Assembly (NCBI GenBank): GCA_965116955.1
Contig: OZ220742.1
Location: forward strand, 2,850,222-2,914,221
DNA from: Thermoanaerobaculia bacterium
GTDB lineage: Bacteria; Acidobacteriota; Thermoanaerobaculia; Multivoradales; Multivoraceae
Direction of reading: 5' to 3'
Length of the DNA: 64,000 bases
A program made the translations under genes and the position numbers. This document shows, piece by piece, positions 29,036 through 38,068 of this stretch (the first letter of the stretch is position 1; each line of letters starts with the position of its first letter). The notes under the pieces were generated by a model. It searched no databases. It saw only the letters and a program-made list of their open reading frames with translations, and was not told where the DNA came from.

Positions 29036-31720
29036 ATGAAGCGAAGTTTGATCTCGGGCTGGTGCATCGCCCTCTTCGTTCTGGTTTGCGCCGGAGCGCT
29101 GCTCGCGGACGGCCCGCAGACGGGCACGATCGACGGCCGCGTCCTGGACGCTCAGGGTGCGCCGCTGCCCGGGGTTACCGTCACCCTGACCGGACCGCAG
29201 AACACGCGGACGGTCATCACGGACGCTGACGGCGTCTACCGCTTCGCGCTGCTGCTCGCCGGCCGCTACGTGGTGAACGCGGAGCTGGAAGGGCTCGGCA
29301 CCGCCGAACTCGCGACCGACCTCGATCCGGGCCAGCGGCGCGGCGTCGACCTGACGCTCGTGTCGGCGACAGCGGAGGAGATCACGGTTACCGGCGAAGC
29401 ACCACTGATCAGCAAGTACGAGACGGCGGCTGCGGCGACGATCCCATCTGAGATTACGGACAACGTCGCCTTCGGCACGCGCGCCTACAGCGCTGCCGTG
29501 CGGCAGTTGCCGTCCGTCGTCAACCGGAGTGACGCGGACTCCCGGCCGTCGGTGAACGGCGGCATCAGTACCGAGGTCGGCGTCTACGTCGAGGGCGTGG
29601 ACACCTCGATGCACCGTCGCGGCGGCGAGATGCGTCTGCTCATCCCCAGCACCGCGCTGACCGAGACGAAGCTCGAGGCGACCGGATTCGGCGCCGAGTA
29701 CGGCCGGGCGACGTCCGGCATCATCAACTCGACCGTCAAGACCGGGACGAACGAGTTCCACGGCGAGGCGCTCTACATCGGCCAGAACCCGAAGTGGCGA
29801 GCGCCGGACGTCCTCGAGCTCGAGCGACCGGACGACCAGATCAACAGCTACGAGACCAGCATCGGCGGTCCGCTCGCCCGCAACCGGGCGTGGTTCTTCG
29901 TCTCGTACGGCAGGATCTCGGACAACCGGATCGATCGGCTGTCGGACGGGAGCATCGTCAATCTCAGCCGTCAGGCGGATCCTCTGGTCGCCAAGGTGAA
30001 CTTCCAGCCCGGGGACAACCAGCAGATCGCGATCACCACGATCGATGCTCCGTCGGACGCGATCGGCCTGTCCGGTAACCCGGGCGACCAGTACGCGATC
30101 ATGAACTTCCCGCTGAACGGGCGGGTGCAGACACTGAATTGGAGCCTCGGTCTGGGCGCCTCGAACTTCCTCGAGTTCAAGGTCGCCAACCGCGAGGAGT
30201 TCGTGGGCCGTAACGCGGCGGAGCAGCACCCGATCGATCCGAACGCGTCACCGGACGACCCGCTGGGGAACAACTTCCGCTATCGGGATCTGGCGACGGG
30301 CCTGAGACACAACGGTCCGGCCGTGCGCCTGGCCGAGGGCTTCAACGACTTCCCGCGCGACCAGGCGAACGTGTCCCTGACGAGCTTCCGGGGCCGCCAC
30401 GAATGGAAGTTCGGCCTCGACGCGCAGGCGATCGAGTTCGCCAACCTGACTTCGATCATCACCGAGTTCCGGGGGCGGAACTACGACGCGAACCTCCCCG
30501 GTGGCTACGCGACGCCCGTCAACAAGCGGGTGTTCGACCCGTCGAACGTGATCTCGGAGACCAGCGACTTCCTGGCCGTCTTCGCCCAGGATCGCTTCGA
30601 GGTCGGCGACAAGTGGGTCTGGACCCTGGGTATCCGCGGCGATCAGCAGACGATCGACAACGACATCGGCGAGCGGGTCAACGAGTACGCCGAGTGGGTA
30701 CCGCGGGTCAGCGGTGTCTACGACGTGAAGGCCGACGGCAGCATCCTGCTCCGCGGCACGCTCGGCCGGTACTACCACGCGATCGGCATGGGCATCGTGC
30801 TCCAGGAGTTCTCCCGCCAGAACAACGGCGAGAACATCTACGATCAGTTCCGGTGGAACCGGGCGACCCAGCGCTACGACATCTTCCAGCGGCGGGTCGA
30901 GCCGACCTTCGACCAGGCGATTCAGGATGTCGACCCGTACTACAAGGACGAGATCTCCTTCGGCGCCGATTTCCAGGTGTCCGAGAAGTGGGTCGTCAAG
31001 TCGCGCCTGATCGCGAGCGATGCGGACAACATCTTCCACGCCACGCTCCAGTTCGACGATGCCGGCCAGGTGGTCCGTGATCTTCGGAACTGGTCCGACG
31101 CCCGCCGCGAGTACCGGGGACTGCAGATCGAGGCGAACCGGCTGTTTCGCGACAATTGGACCCTGCGCACGAACTACACCCTGAGTTCGACCAAGGGGAA
31201 CATCAACTCTCTCAACGACAACTTCAACCTCAATGAGGGTTTGGGAGGCATCGAGGTGAGCACCGGGCTGACCAACGCGACCTCGAGTCCCTACTGGTTC
31301 GGGCGGCTGCTCGAGGATCGGGAGCACCTGGCGAACGTGATCGGGATGAAGCGCTTCGTCTTCGGCAGGCACGACCTGGTCCTGGGGGGCTTCCTCCACT
31401 ACGCATCCGGGGCGCCGTGGGCCAGCCACGTCTCGACCCAGGTGCGACATCCGGTATCGGGTCAGACGATCACGACGTCGACCTTCCGTGAGCCGGCGGG
31501 CAGCCACCGGCTCCCGGAGACCTGGACCGTTGATCTGTCCCTGATGTACTCGATCGCGATGGCGGGCAACGTGCGGGCGAAGATCGGCTTCGATCTCGCC
31601 AACGCGACCGACAATCAGGAGCCGATCTCCATCAACACGCAGACCGGACGGCCGAGGGCACGGGTCTCCTCGTATCAGCGGCCGCGTGAGTTCCGGCTGA
31701 AGGTGGGCTTCAGTTTCTGA
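29036..31720 (+). CDS. TonB-dependent receptor
   Basis: Signal peptide, GAPLPGVTVTL, AEYGRATSG..KTGTN, C-terminal VGFSF. Confidence 0.9.
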   Translation: MKRSLISGWCIALFVLVCAGALLADGPQTGTIDGRVLDAQGAPLPGVTVTLTGPQNTRTVITDADGVYRFALLLAGRYVVNAELEGLGTAELATDLDPGQRRGVDLTLVSATAEEITVTGEAPLISKYETAAAATIPSEITDNVAFGTRAYSAAVRQLPSVVNRSDADSRPSVNGGISTEVGVYVEGVDTSMHRRGGEMRLLIPSTALTETKLEATGFGAEYGRATSGIINSTVKTGTNEFHGEALYIGQNPKWRAPDVLELERPDDQINSYETSIGGPLARNRAWFFVSYGRISDNRIDRLSDGSIVNLSRQADPLVAKVNFQPGDNQQIAITTIDAPSDAIGLSGNPGDQYAIMNFPLNGRVQTLNWSLGLGASNFLEFKVANREEFVGRNAAEQHPIDPNASPDDPLGNNFRYRDLATGLRHNGPAVRLAEGFNDFPRDQANVSLTSFRGRHEWKFGLDAQAIEFANLTSIITEFRGRNYDANLPGGYATPVNKRVFDPSNVISETSDFLAVFAQDRFEVGDKWVWTLGIRGDQQTIDNDIGERVNEYAEWVPRVSGVYDVKADGSILLRGTLGRYYHAIGMGIVLQEFSRQNNGENIYDQFRWNRATQRYDIFQRRVEPTFDQAIQDVDPYYKDEISFGADFQVSEKWVVKSRLIASDADNIFHATLQFDDAGQVVRDLRNWSDARREYRGLQIEANRLFRDNWTLRTNYTLSSTKGNINSLNDNFNLNEGLGGIEVSTGLTNATSSPYWFGRLLEDREHLANVIGMKRFVFGRHDLVLGGFLHYASGAPWASHVSTQVRHPVSGQTITTSTFREPAGSHRLPETWTVDLSLMYSIAMAGNVRAKIGFDLANATDNQEPISINTQTGRPRARVSSYQRPREFRLKVGFSF

Positions 31721-31761
31721 TCCCACGCGCAACGCAAGGTTCGGGCCGGGCGCCGCTCCTC

Positions 31762-34308
31762 GTGAGCGGCGCCTTGGCTCTTGTTCTTTCCGGCTGCGAG
31801 GCGTCCGGCCCGGGTGCCGTCTACGACGGGAATCTCGGCACCGCGATTGAGCAGCTCAAGGCAGACGTAGCGGCCCGGCCGACGGACGAATCGACCGTGG
31901 TCGTGCGGGCGGCGGTCGTGGCCGACTGGGCCGACGCCCTTTCCCTGGCTGGCCACGAGATGGGCCTGGAGGGGCCGCGGGTCCGGATCCAGTCGACCCT
32001 GCCGCCGACGGGTAACGCGGCGGTCACCTCGGGCGCCATCATCGACCGCCTGGTGCGGGAGTTCACCCTGCGCGAAGAGGCCGGCGCTCTGGGAACGCTC
32101 GAGGCCGAGTCGCTCGGTCCGTTCGAAGCGCAGGAGTACGCGACCGTCAGCCAGACCTGGACCGCCGGCACGCGCGCGGTCGAGACCGGCGGAGGCTTCT
32201 GGGTGGCGCGTCACTTCAACGCGAACTACGGCGGCTTCCAGACCGACGACCCGGGCGCCGCGGGCTACGTCACGATCGGGACGGATGCGGCGCACGCGCG
32301 GTTCGAGACGGACGTCTACATGGCCTCCGGTCCCCACGGCGGCTTCCGGGCGCCGGAGCCGGCGCTCATGTTCCGCGTCGCCGAGGGCCGGGTCGAGCCC
32401 GGCGAGAGCGTCACGATCACCTACGGCGACACCTCCGGCGGCGGCCCGGGGATCCTGATGGCGCAGACTTCGAGCGCGCGGCTGCCGTTCCCCCTGTACA
32501 TCGATCTCGACGGCTCCGGCGAGTGGCGGCCCCTGCCGATTCTGCCGTTCGAGGTCGTCGGCACGACCGTCGCGGGCGTGCACGGATTCGCGCCGAGCGT
32601 GGTCCGTCCGGGCGAGACCTTCGAACTCTCGGTGCGGGCGGAGGACCGCTTCTACAACCGGGCGACCGGCGAGATCCCCGGCTTCGATGTGCTCCTCAAC
32701 GGGGAGTTGCGCGCCTCGACCGAACCGGGAACCGAGGCGATCACGGTCCTCGAACTGGCCCTCGACGAGCCCGGCGTCTACTGGACGGCGATCCGGTCGC
32801 GAGGCGCGGGGCCGTCGATCACCGGCGACGCGAACCCGATCCTGGTGGTGGAGGACCCGGAGTACGGCATCTACTGGGGCGACACGCACGGCCACTCGGG
32901 CTACGCCGAGGGCATCGGTACCCTCGACTTCTTCCTGCGGTTCGCGCGCGACGACGCCCGGCTCGACTTCGTGACGCACTCCGAACACGACATCTGGCTT
33001 GACGCCGGCGAGTGGGAACTGATGCGGGAGAAGAGCGCCGAGTACGACGAGCCGGGACGGTTCATTCCCTACCTCGGCTGGGAATGGACGCGCCACACCC
33101 GCCAGGGCGGCGGCCACCACAACGTGCTCTACCGCACGGTCGGCGACCAGGACGTGATCTCGGTGCTCGAGTTCCCGACCCTTTCCGAGCTCTACCGCGA
33201 GCTCGACAGTCGCTACGACCGGCGCGATGTCGTCGTCATCCCGCACGCCCACAACCCGGGCGACTTCCGCCAGTCGCATCCTGGCCTCGAGCCGCTGGTC
33301 GAGATGATGTCGATGCACGGGACCTTCGAGTGGTTCATGCAGGAGTACCTGTCGCGGGGGCACCAGGTCGGCGTCGTCGCCGCCTCGGACGACCACCTCT
33401 CGCACCCCGGGTACTCGGCCCCGAACCGGACCTCGCTGGCGCAGCGCGGCGGCTTGGGTGCGGTGCTGGCGCCGGAGAGGTCGCGTGATGCGATCTTCGA
33501 CGGGATGAAGGCGCGGCGCACCTACGCGACCACCGGGGATCGGATCATCCTCGACTTCGAAGTGAACGGGACCGGCATGGGCTCGCGGGCGCCGTTCTCG
33601 GAGACCCGGGAGATCGCCGGACGGGTGATCGGCACCGCGCCGATCGGCTCCATCGCGCTGATCAAGAACGAACAGGAGCTATGGAGCGAGGACTACTCGC
33701 TCGACACCGATGGCGGAGCGCCGACCGACCTGCTGCTCACGTTCTACTCCGAAGAAACACCGGTTCACCTGGGCGACGCTCCGCGTGGCTGGCGGCACTG
33801 GCGGGGCCGGCTGACCGTGGCCGGCGCCACGCTCCGCTCGATCGAGGGGACGGACTTCGCGAACCCGACGACCCAGAACGTCGAGCAGGACGGCAACGGC
33901 GCCGTGTTCCGTACGAACACCCGCGGCGAGATGAGTTCACTGAGGCTCTCGGTCGCCGACGTGCAGCCGGGAGCGGCGATCGTCGTGGAACTGGAGGAAG
34001 CGGCCGAAACGGGATCGGCGCCTCCGTTCTACCGGCCGCGAGCCGTGATCCCCGGCGCCAGGGTGCGGCTGCCGCTCTCGGAGATGCAGGGCGGCCGGCT
34101 GGAGAAGCTGCTGCCGATCGAGAACTACCACCGCGACTCGGTCACCCTGCGGCGCGTCCGTCCGGACGGTCCGCGGGACATCGAGTTCCGCTACACGGAC
34201 ACCGAGACGCCGCGTCAGGGCGACTACTACTTCGTCCGCGTGCGCCAGTTGAACGACGCGATGGCCTGGTCGAGCCCGGTCTGGGTCGGAGGGCATCCGT
34301 CCCAGTAG
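31762..34308 (+). CDS. DUF3604 (PHP-like metallohydrolase) lipoprotein
   Basis: Lipobox LSGC; YWGDTHGHS, SEHD, GWEWT, HHNV, SDDH, RRTYATTG, AWSSPVW; start may be CTG at 31717. Confidence 0.85.
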   Translation: MSGALALVLSGCEASGPGAVYDGNLGTAIEQLKADVAARPTDESTVVVRAAVVADWADALSLAGHEMGLEGPRVRIQSTLPPTGNAAVTSGAIIDRLVREFTLREEAGALGTLEAESLGPFEAQEYATVSQTWTAGTRAVETGGGFWVARHFNANYGGFQTDDPGAAGYVTIGTDAAHARFETDVYMASGPHGGFRAPEPALMFRVAEGRVEPGESVTITYGDTSGGGPGILMAQTSSARLPFPLYIDLDGSGEWRPLPILPFEVVGTTVAGVHGFAPSVVRPGETFELSVRAEDRFYNRATGEIPGFDVLLNGELRASTEPGTEAITVLELALDEPGVYWTAIRSRGAGPSITGDANPILVVEDPEYGIYWGDTHGHSGYAEGIGTLDFFLRFARDDARLDFVTHSEHDIWLDAGEWELMREKSAEYDEPGRFIPYLGWEWTRHTRQGGGHHNVLYRTVGDQDVISVLEFPTLSELYRELDSRYDRRDVVVIPHAHNPGDFRQSHPGLEPLVEMMSMHGTFEWFMQEYLSRGHQVGVVAASDDHLSHPGYSAPNRTSLAQRGGLGAVLAPERSRDAIFDGMKARRTYATTGDRIILDFEVNGTGMGSRAPFSETREIAGRVIGTAPIGSIALIKNEQELWSEDYSLDTDGGAPTDLLLTFYSEETPVHLGDAPRGWRHWRGRLTVAGATLRSIEGTDFANPTTQNVEQDGNGAVFRTNTRGEMSSLRLSVADVQPGAAIVVELEEAAETGSAPPFYRPRAVIPGARVRLPLSEMQGGRLEKLLPIENYHRDSVTLRRVRPDGPRDIEFRYTDTETPRQGDYYFVRVRQLNDAMAWSSPVWVGGHPSQ

Positions 34309-34424
34309 CTCCGGCGTCTCGGTGCAGTGCGCCCTGGCTGCTACGCGGGCTCCGCGATGAACAGCGGGATCGTGCGGGACGTCTTGTTCCTGTAGTCCTC
34401 GTATGGCGGGCGTCGGACGCACCC

Positions 34425-34597
34425 GCCTGGGACGGTCCGGGGGAGGGGGTCCCAGCGAACGCTCGCCTTCTCTGGGTGGGGTGGAGGGTGGGGCTCGCTG
34501 CGTTCCGTTCGCTCCGGTCGGCTTCGGCTGATGATGGGACATGGGCAGTCGCTTACTCCAAGCTCGCTGGGACCCCCTCCCCCGGACCGCCCCAGGC
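34425..34597. repeat. REP/MITE-like element with 34-bp inverted repeats
   Basis: 34425-34458 is the reverse complement of 34564-34597 with one mismatch; 105-bp spacer. Confidence 0.8.
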
Positions 34598-34631
34598 TGG
34601 CGGTTGTTGCCGGGTAGCAGAGTAGATTGCG

Positions 34632-35618
34632 GTGATGAGTGGCCGGGGGATGGCGGTGACGATGGGGGATGCTTCGGGCGTTGGTCCGGAGATTGCGGTG
34701 CGGCGGTTTGCGGAGGGGCTGCTGGGCCGTGACAGCGTCATCTATGGCGACGTGGCGGTGCTGACGAGCGCGGCGTCGGTGCTGGGGTTGGATGTGCGGA
34801 TCCGTTTGGTTAGAGAACCGGACGAGGCGATGGAGGGCGCACTGAATGTGCGCGATCTCGGGCTGTTGAGTCGTGAGCAGGTGACACCGGGTGTCTTGAG
34901 TCGAGAGGCCGGGGCGGCGGCTTTGGCCTATGTCGACTGCGCGACGCGGGACGCCCTGGCGGGAAAGGTCGCGGGAGTCGTCACGCTGCCGATGAACAAG
35001 GAGGCGACACGGATGTCGCGGCCGGACTTCCAGGGGCACACCGAGTTCATTGCCGGGCTTTGCGGCGCCCGTGACTTCGCGATGATGTTGACCGTGCCGG
35101 AGTTGGCGGTGACCCACGTCAGCGCTCATGTCAGCCTGCGCGAGGCGATCGAGCGGGTGGAGCCGGTTCGCATCCGGAAGGTGATCGACCTGACGCACGG
35201 GGCCCTGTCGCGGTTCATCGAGCGGCCGAGGATCGCCGTCTGCGGGTTGAACCCGCATGCCGGGGAGCATGGCCTGTTCGGCGTCGAGGACGAGGAGATC
35301 ATCCGGCCGACGATCGAGCGGGCGGCGGCCGACGGGCTCGACGTGTCCGGCCCGCATCCGGCGGACACGATTTTCCGTCAGGCGATCCAGCTCGACCGTT
35401 ACGACGCCATCGTCTGCATGTACCACGACCAGGGCCATGCGCCGATGAAGCTCTACGGCTTCGAGCGCGGCGTCAACGTGACGATCGGCCTGCCGATCGT
35501 GCGCACTTCGGTCGACCACGGCACCGCCTTCGATATCGCCTGGCAGGGCAAGGCGTTCACGGACTCGCTGGGCCACGCCCTCGACTACGCCTGGAAACTG
35601 GCGGGACGCGTCGACTGA
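34632..35618 (+). CDS. pdxA: 4-hydroxythreonine-4-phosphate dehydrogenase family (PdxA/PdxA2)
   Basis: TMGDASGVGPEI, GHTEF, GLNPHAGE, MYHDQG, RTSVDHGTAFDIA. Confidence 0.93.
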   Translation: MMSGRGMAVTMGDASGVGPEIAVRRFAEGLLGRDSVIYGDVAVLTSAASVLGLDVRIRLVREPDEAMEGALNVRDLGLLSREQVTPGVLSREAGAAALAYVDCATRDALAGKVAGVVTLPMNKEATRMSRPDFQGHTEFIAGLCGARDFAMMLTVPELAVTHVSAHVSLREAIERVEPVRIRKVIDLTHGALSRFIERPRIAVCGLNPHAGEHGLFGVEDEEIIRPTIERAAADGLDVSGPHPADTIFRQAIQLDRYDAIVCMYHDQGHAPMKLYGFERGVNVTIGLPIVRTSVDHGTAFDIAWQGKAFTDSLGHALDYAWKLAGRVD

Positions 35619-35631
35619 CGGATTGGAACCG

Positions 35632-36102
35632 CTACATGGCTCGGACGGCGAGAAGCTCCTCGAGGCCGCGCAGGTCGGCGGCGTTTCTCGTGTAGAGGGG
35701 CAGGTCGTTGGCCAGCGCGACGGCGGCGATCAGGAGGTCGGCGAGGCGCCGGCGGCCGACAGGGCCGCGGGCCAGGAGTGCGGAGTAGATGCGGCCGTAG
35801 GCGCGAGCTGCCGCGTTGTTGAACGGCAGCGGGTCCCACGTGGTGGCGGCCCACTGCAGCCGGTCCTGCCGGCGGGCCCGTTCCTCGGCATCCGGGCCGG
35901 CGGCCAGAGGGCCGACCGTGAGTTCGGCCATCGTTATGGCCGAAACCGCGGATAGTTCCGGCAGTGCCGACGCATCGATCAGGTCGTAGTCGATGATGAC
36001 GGACGTATCCAGCAGACCGTGGCTGTCGGCGCCGAGTGTCTGGCTGGCCTGCAGTCCGGCTTCGTGCGCCGCTTCCTGAAGCGGCTGTACGGCGGAGCTC
36101 AT
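35632..36102 (-). CDS. vapC: PIN-domain VapC toxin (VapC5-like)
   Basis: GLLDTSV, ITMAEL, DLLIAAVA, LYTRN; start uncertain. Confidence 0.9.
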   Translation of the reverse strand: MSSAVQPLQEAAHEAGLQASQTLGADSHGLLDTSVIIDYDLIDASALPELSAVSAITMAELTVGPLAAGPDAEERARRQDRLQWAATTWDPLPFNNAAARAYGRIYSALLARGPVGRRRLADLLIAAVALANDLPLYTRNAADLRGLEELLAVRAM

Positions 36103-36129
36103 GTCCGGCGGTTTCCGCGTTCCGGGCTT

Positions 36130-36375
36130 CTAGTCATCGATCCAGGGATCGACGAACTTGTCGATGTCGGCCCGGAAGCGGCTCGCATCGATCCTGGGAG
36201 CGGTTCGTGCCCCCTGCTTGAGCACGCCGCGGGAAACGTAGCGGCGGGCGGCCAGCGGCCGCAGTTCGGCTACCGGAGTCCCGTTTCGGGTAATCGTCAT
36301 GGCCTGGCCCTCCTGAACGGCTCGGAGCACTTTCGCCGAGTCGTTTCGTAGCTGCCTCTGTGTGATCGTTCGCAC
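36130..36375 (-). CDS. vapB: Phd/YefM family antitoxin
   Basis: ITQRQLRNDSAKVLRAV..ITRNGTPVAELRP; directly upstream of vapC. Confidence 0.9.
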   Translation of the reverse strand: MRTITQRQLRNDSAKVLRAVQEGQAMTITRNGTPVAELRPLAARRYVSRGVLKQGARTAPRIDASRFRADIDKFVDPWIDD

Positions 36376-36385
36376 CCGGCGGATC

Positions 36386-36410
36386 GTAGCAACTGTAGCG
36401 TTCTGTAGCA
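36386..36410 (-). promoter_or_regulatory. Putative vapBC operator
   Basis: Three GTAGC repeats (36386, 36395, 36405) about one helical turn apart, just upstream of the antitoxin start. Confidence 0.5.
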
Positions 36411-36473
36411 ATACGGTCTCCTTTCTGTACAGTTCAACTACTGACATAGACGGACAAACAGCGGAGATCTCGG

Positions 36474-37994
36474 ATGAGCGAACGAACTCGTGTCCCGGTT
36501 GCGGCGGTGCTCCTCGTGGTGGCGCTGGCGATCGCCTGCTCTACGGACGGGAACGGCCCCGCGCAGGAAGCGTCCACGGACGCTCCACCGCCGAACATCG
36601 TCGTCATCCTGGCCGACGACCTGGGCTACGCCGACGTCTCGATCTACGGCGACCGGCTCCAGACGCCGAACATCGACCGGATCGGCCGCGAAGGGGCGGT
36701 GTTCACCCAAGGCTACGTGACGACGCCGGTCTGTTCGCCGTCGCGGGCGGCGCTGCTCACCGGCCGCTACCAGCAGCGGTACGGTTTCGAGTACAACGCG
36801 CGCCAGGCGCCGGAAGTGCCGGATGTCGGGCTCATCGCCGGCGAGTTGACGATCGCCGACCACCTGAAGGCGGCCGGATACGCGACCGGCATCGTCGGCA
36901 AGTGGCACCTGGGCTTCAAGGACGAGCACTACCCGACGAACCGGGGTTTCGACGAGTTCTACGGGCATCTCTCGGGCGCCACGCGGTTCATCAACCGCAG
37001 GACACAGGGCGCCGTATCGATGTCCGCCGACGACGAGTTCAGGAGCCGCCCGCCCGAAGATCCGCGCACCGATCTCGTCGTGCGGGGGACGGAGCCACCC
37101 GCGCCGCCAACGCGCCGGGCCGGCAACCTGATCGTGCGGGGGCCGGAGAAGACCGTGGTCGACGAACCGGCCTACATCACGGATGTTTTCGGCGACGAGT
37201 CGGTCGACTTCATCCGCCGGCACGCCGATGAGCCGTTCTTCCTGTACTCGGCGTTCAACGCACCGCACTCGCCGTTCCAGGTCACGGAGGAGTACTACGA
37301 CCGCTTCCCCGACGTGGAGCACGAGCTGCAGCGGATCTACTTCGGGATGATCGCCGCCCTCGACGACGCGGTCGGCCGCATCCTGGACGCGCTGGACGAA
37401 GCCGGGATCGCCGACAACACGCTGGTCGTCTTCCTGTCGGACAACGGCTGCGCCGGCTACTTCCCGGGGCTGTGCTCCTGCGAGCCGCTCTCGGGCGGCA
37501 AGTTGACCTACTACGAGGGCGGCGTCCGCGTGCCCTACCTGCTGCGCTGGCCGGCGGCGGTCGCGGCCGGGACCACGATCGACGCGCCGGTCTCGACGCT
37601 CGACATCCTGCCGACCGCCCTGGCTGCCGCTGGAGCCGCGGGACCCGCCGATCTCGAACTGGACGGCCACGACCTGATGCCGCTGCTCGACGGGTCGGCC
37701 GAGGCGACCGGCGACGGCCGCTTCGTGTGGCGGAACTACCCGACAGTCGCCGTCCGCAGCGGCGACATGAAGCTGATCAAGCCGAACCAGGATGCGCCGG
37801 GAGGCTTTCTCTACGACCTGTCCACCGATCTTCGGGAACAGACGGACCTCGCTGCCGAGCGGCCGGAGGACGTCGCCAACCTCGAAGCGGTCATCGAGGA
37901 CTGGCGTTCCATCACCGTGGAACCGGCCTGGACCCGCCGCGGGCCGGTGGCCTACTCGATCTGCAACATAGAACCCATCGGGTTTGAGAACTGA
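36474..37994 (+). CDS. Sulfatase (lipoprotein)
   Basis: Lipobox AIAC, PNIVVILADDLG, CSPSRAALLTGR, GKWHLG, SDNG, YEGGVRVP. Confidence 0.95.
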   Translation: MSERTRVPVAAVLLVVALAIACSTDGNGPAQEASTDAPPPNIVVILADDLGYADVSIYGDRLQTPNIDRIGREGAVFTQGYVTTPVCSPSRAALLTGRYQQRYGFEYNARQAPEVPDVGLIAGELTIADHLKAAGYATGIVGKWHLGFKDEHYPTNRGFDEFYGHLSGATRFINRRTQGAVSMSADDEFRSRPPEDPRTDLVVRGTEPPAPPTRRAGNLIVRGPEKTVVDEPAYITDVFGDESVDFIRRHADEPFFLYSAFNAPHSPFQVTEEYYDRFPDVEHELQRIYFGMIAALDDAVGRILDALDEAGIADNTLVVFLSDNGCAGYFPGLCSCEPLSGGKLTYYEGGVRVPYLLRWPAAVAAGTTIDAPVSTLDILPTALAAAGAAGPADLELDGHDLMPLLDGSAEATGDGRFVWRNYPTVAVRSGDMKLIKPNQDAPGGFLYDLSTDLREQTDLAAERPEDVANLEAVIEDWRSITVEPAWTRRGPVAYSICNIEPIGFEN

Positions 37995-38068
37995 ACGGCC
38001 GGAGGGCGTTCGAATCCAGTTCATCGATGCGGCCGACTAAGCGTTGACCGGGGAGGGGAGACGAGAGA

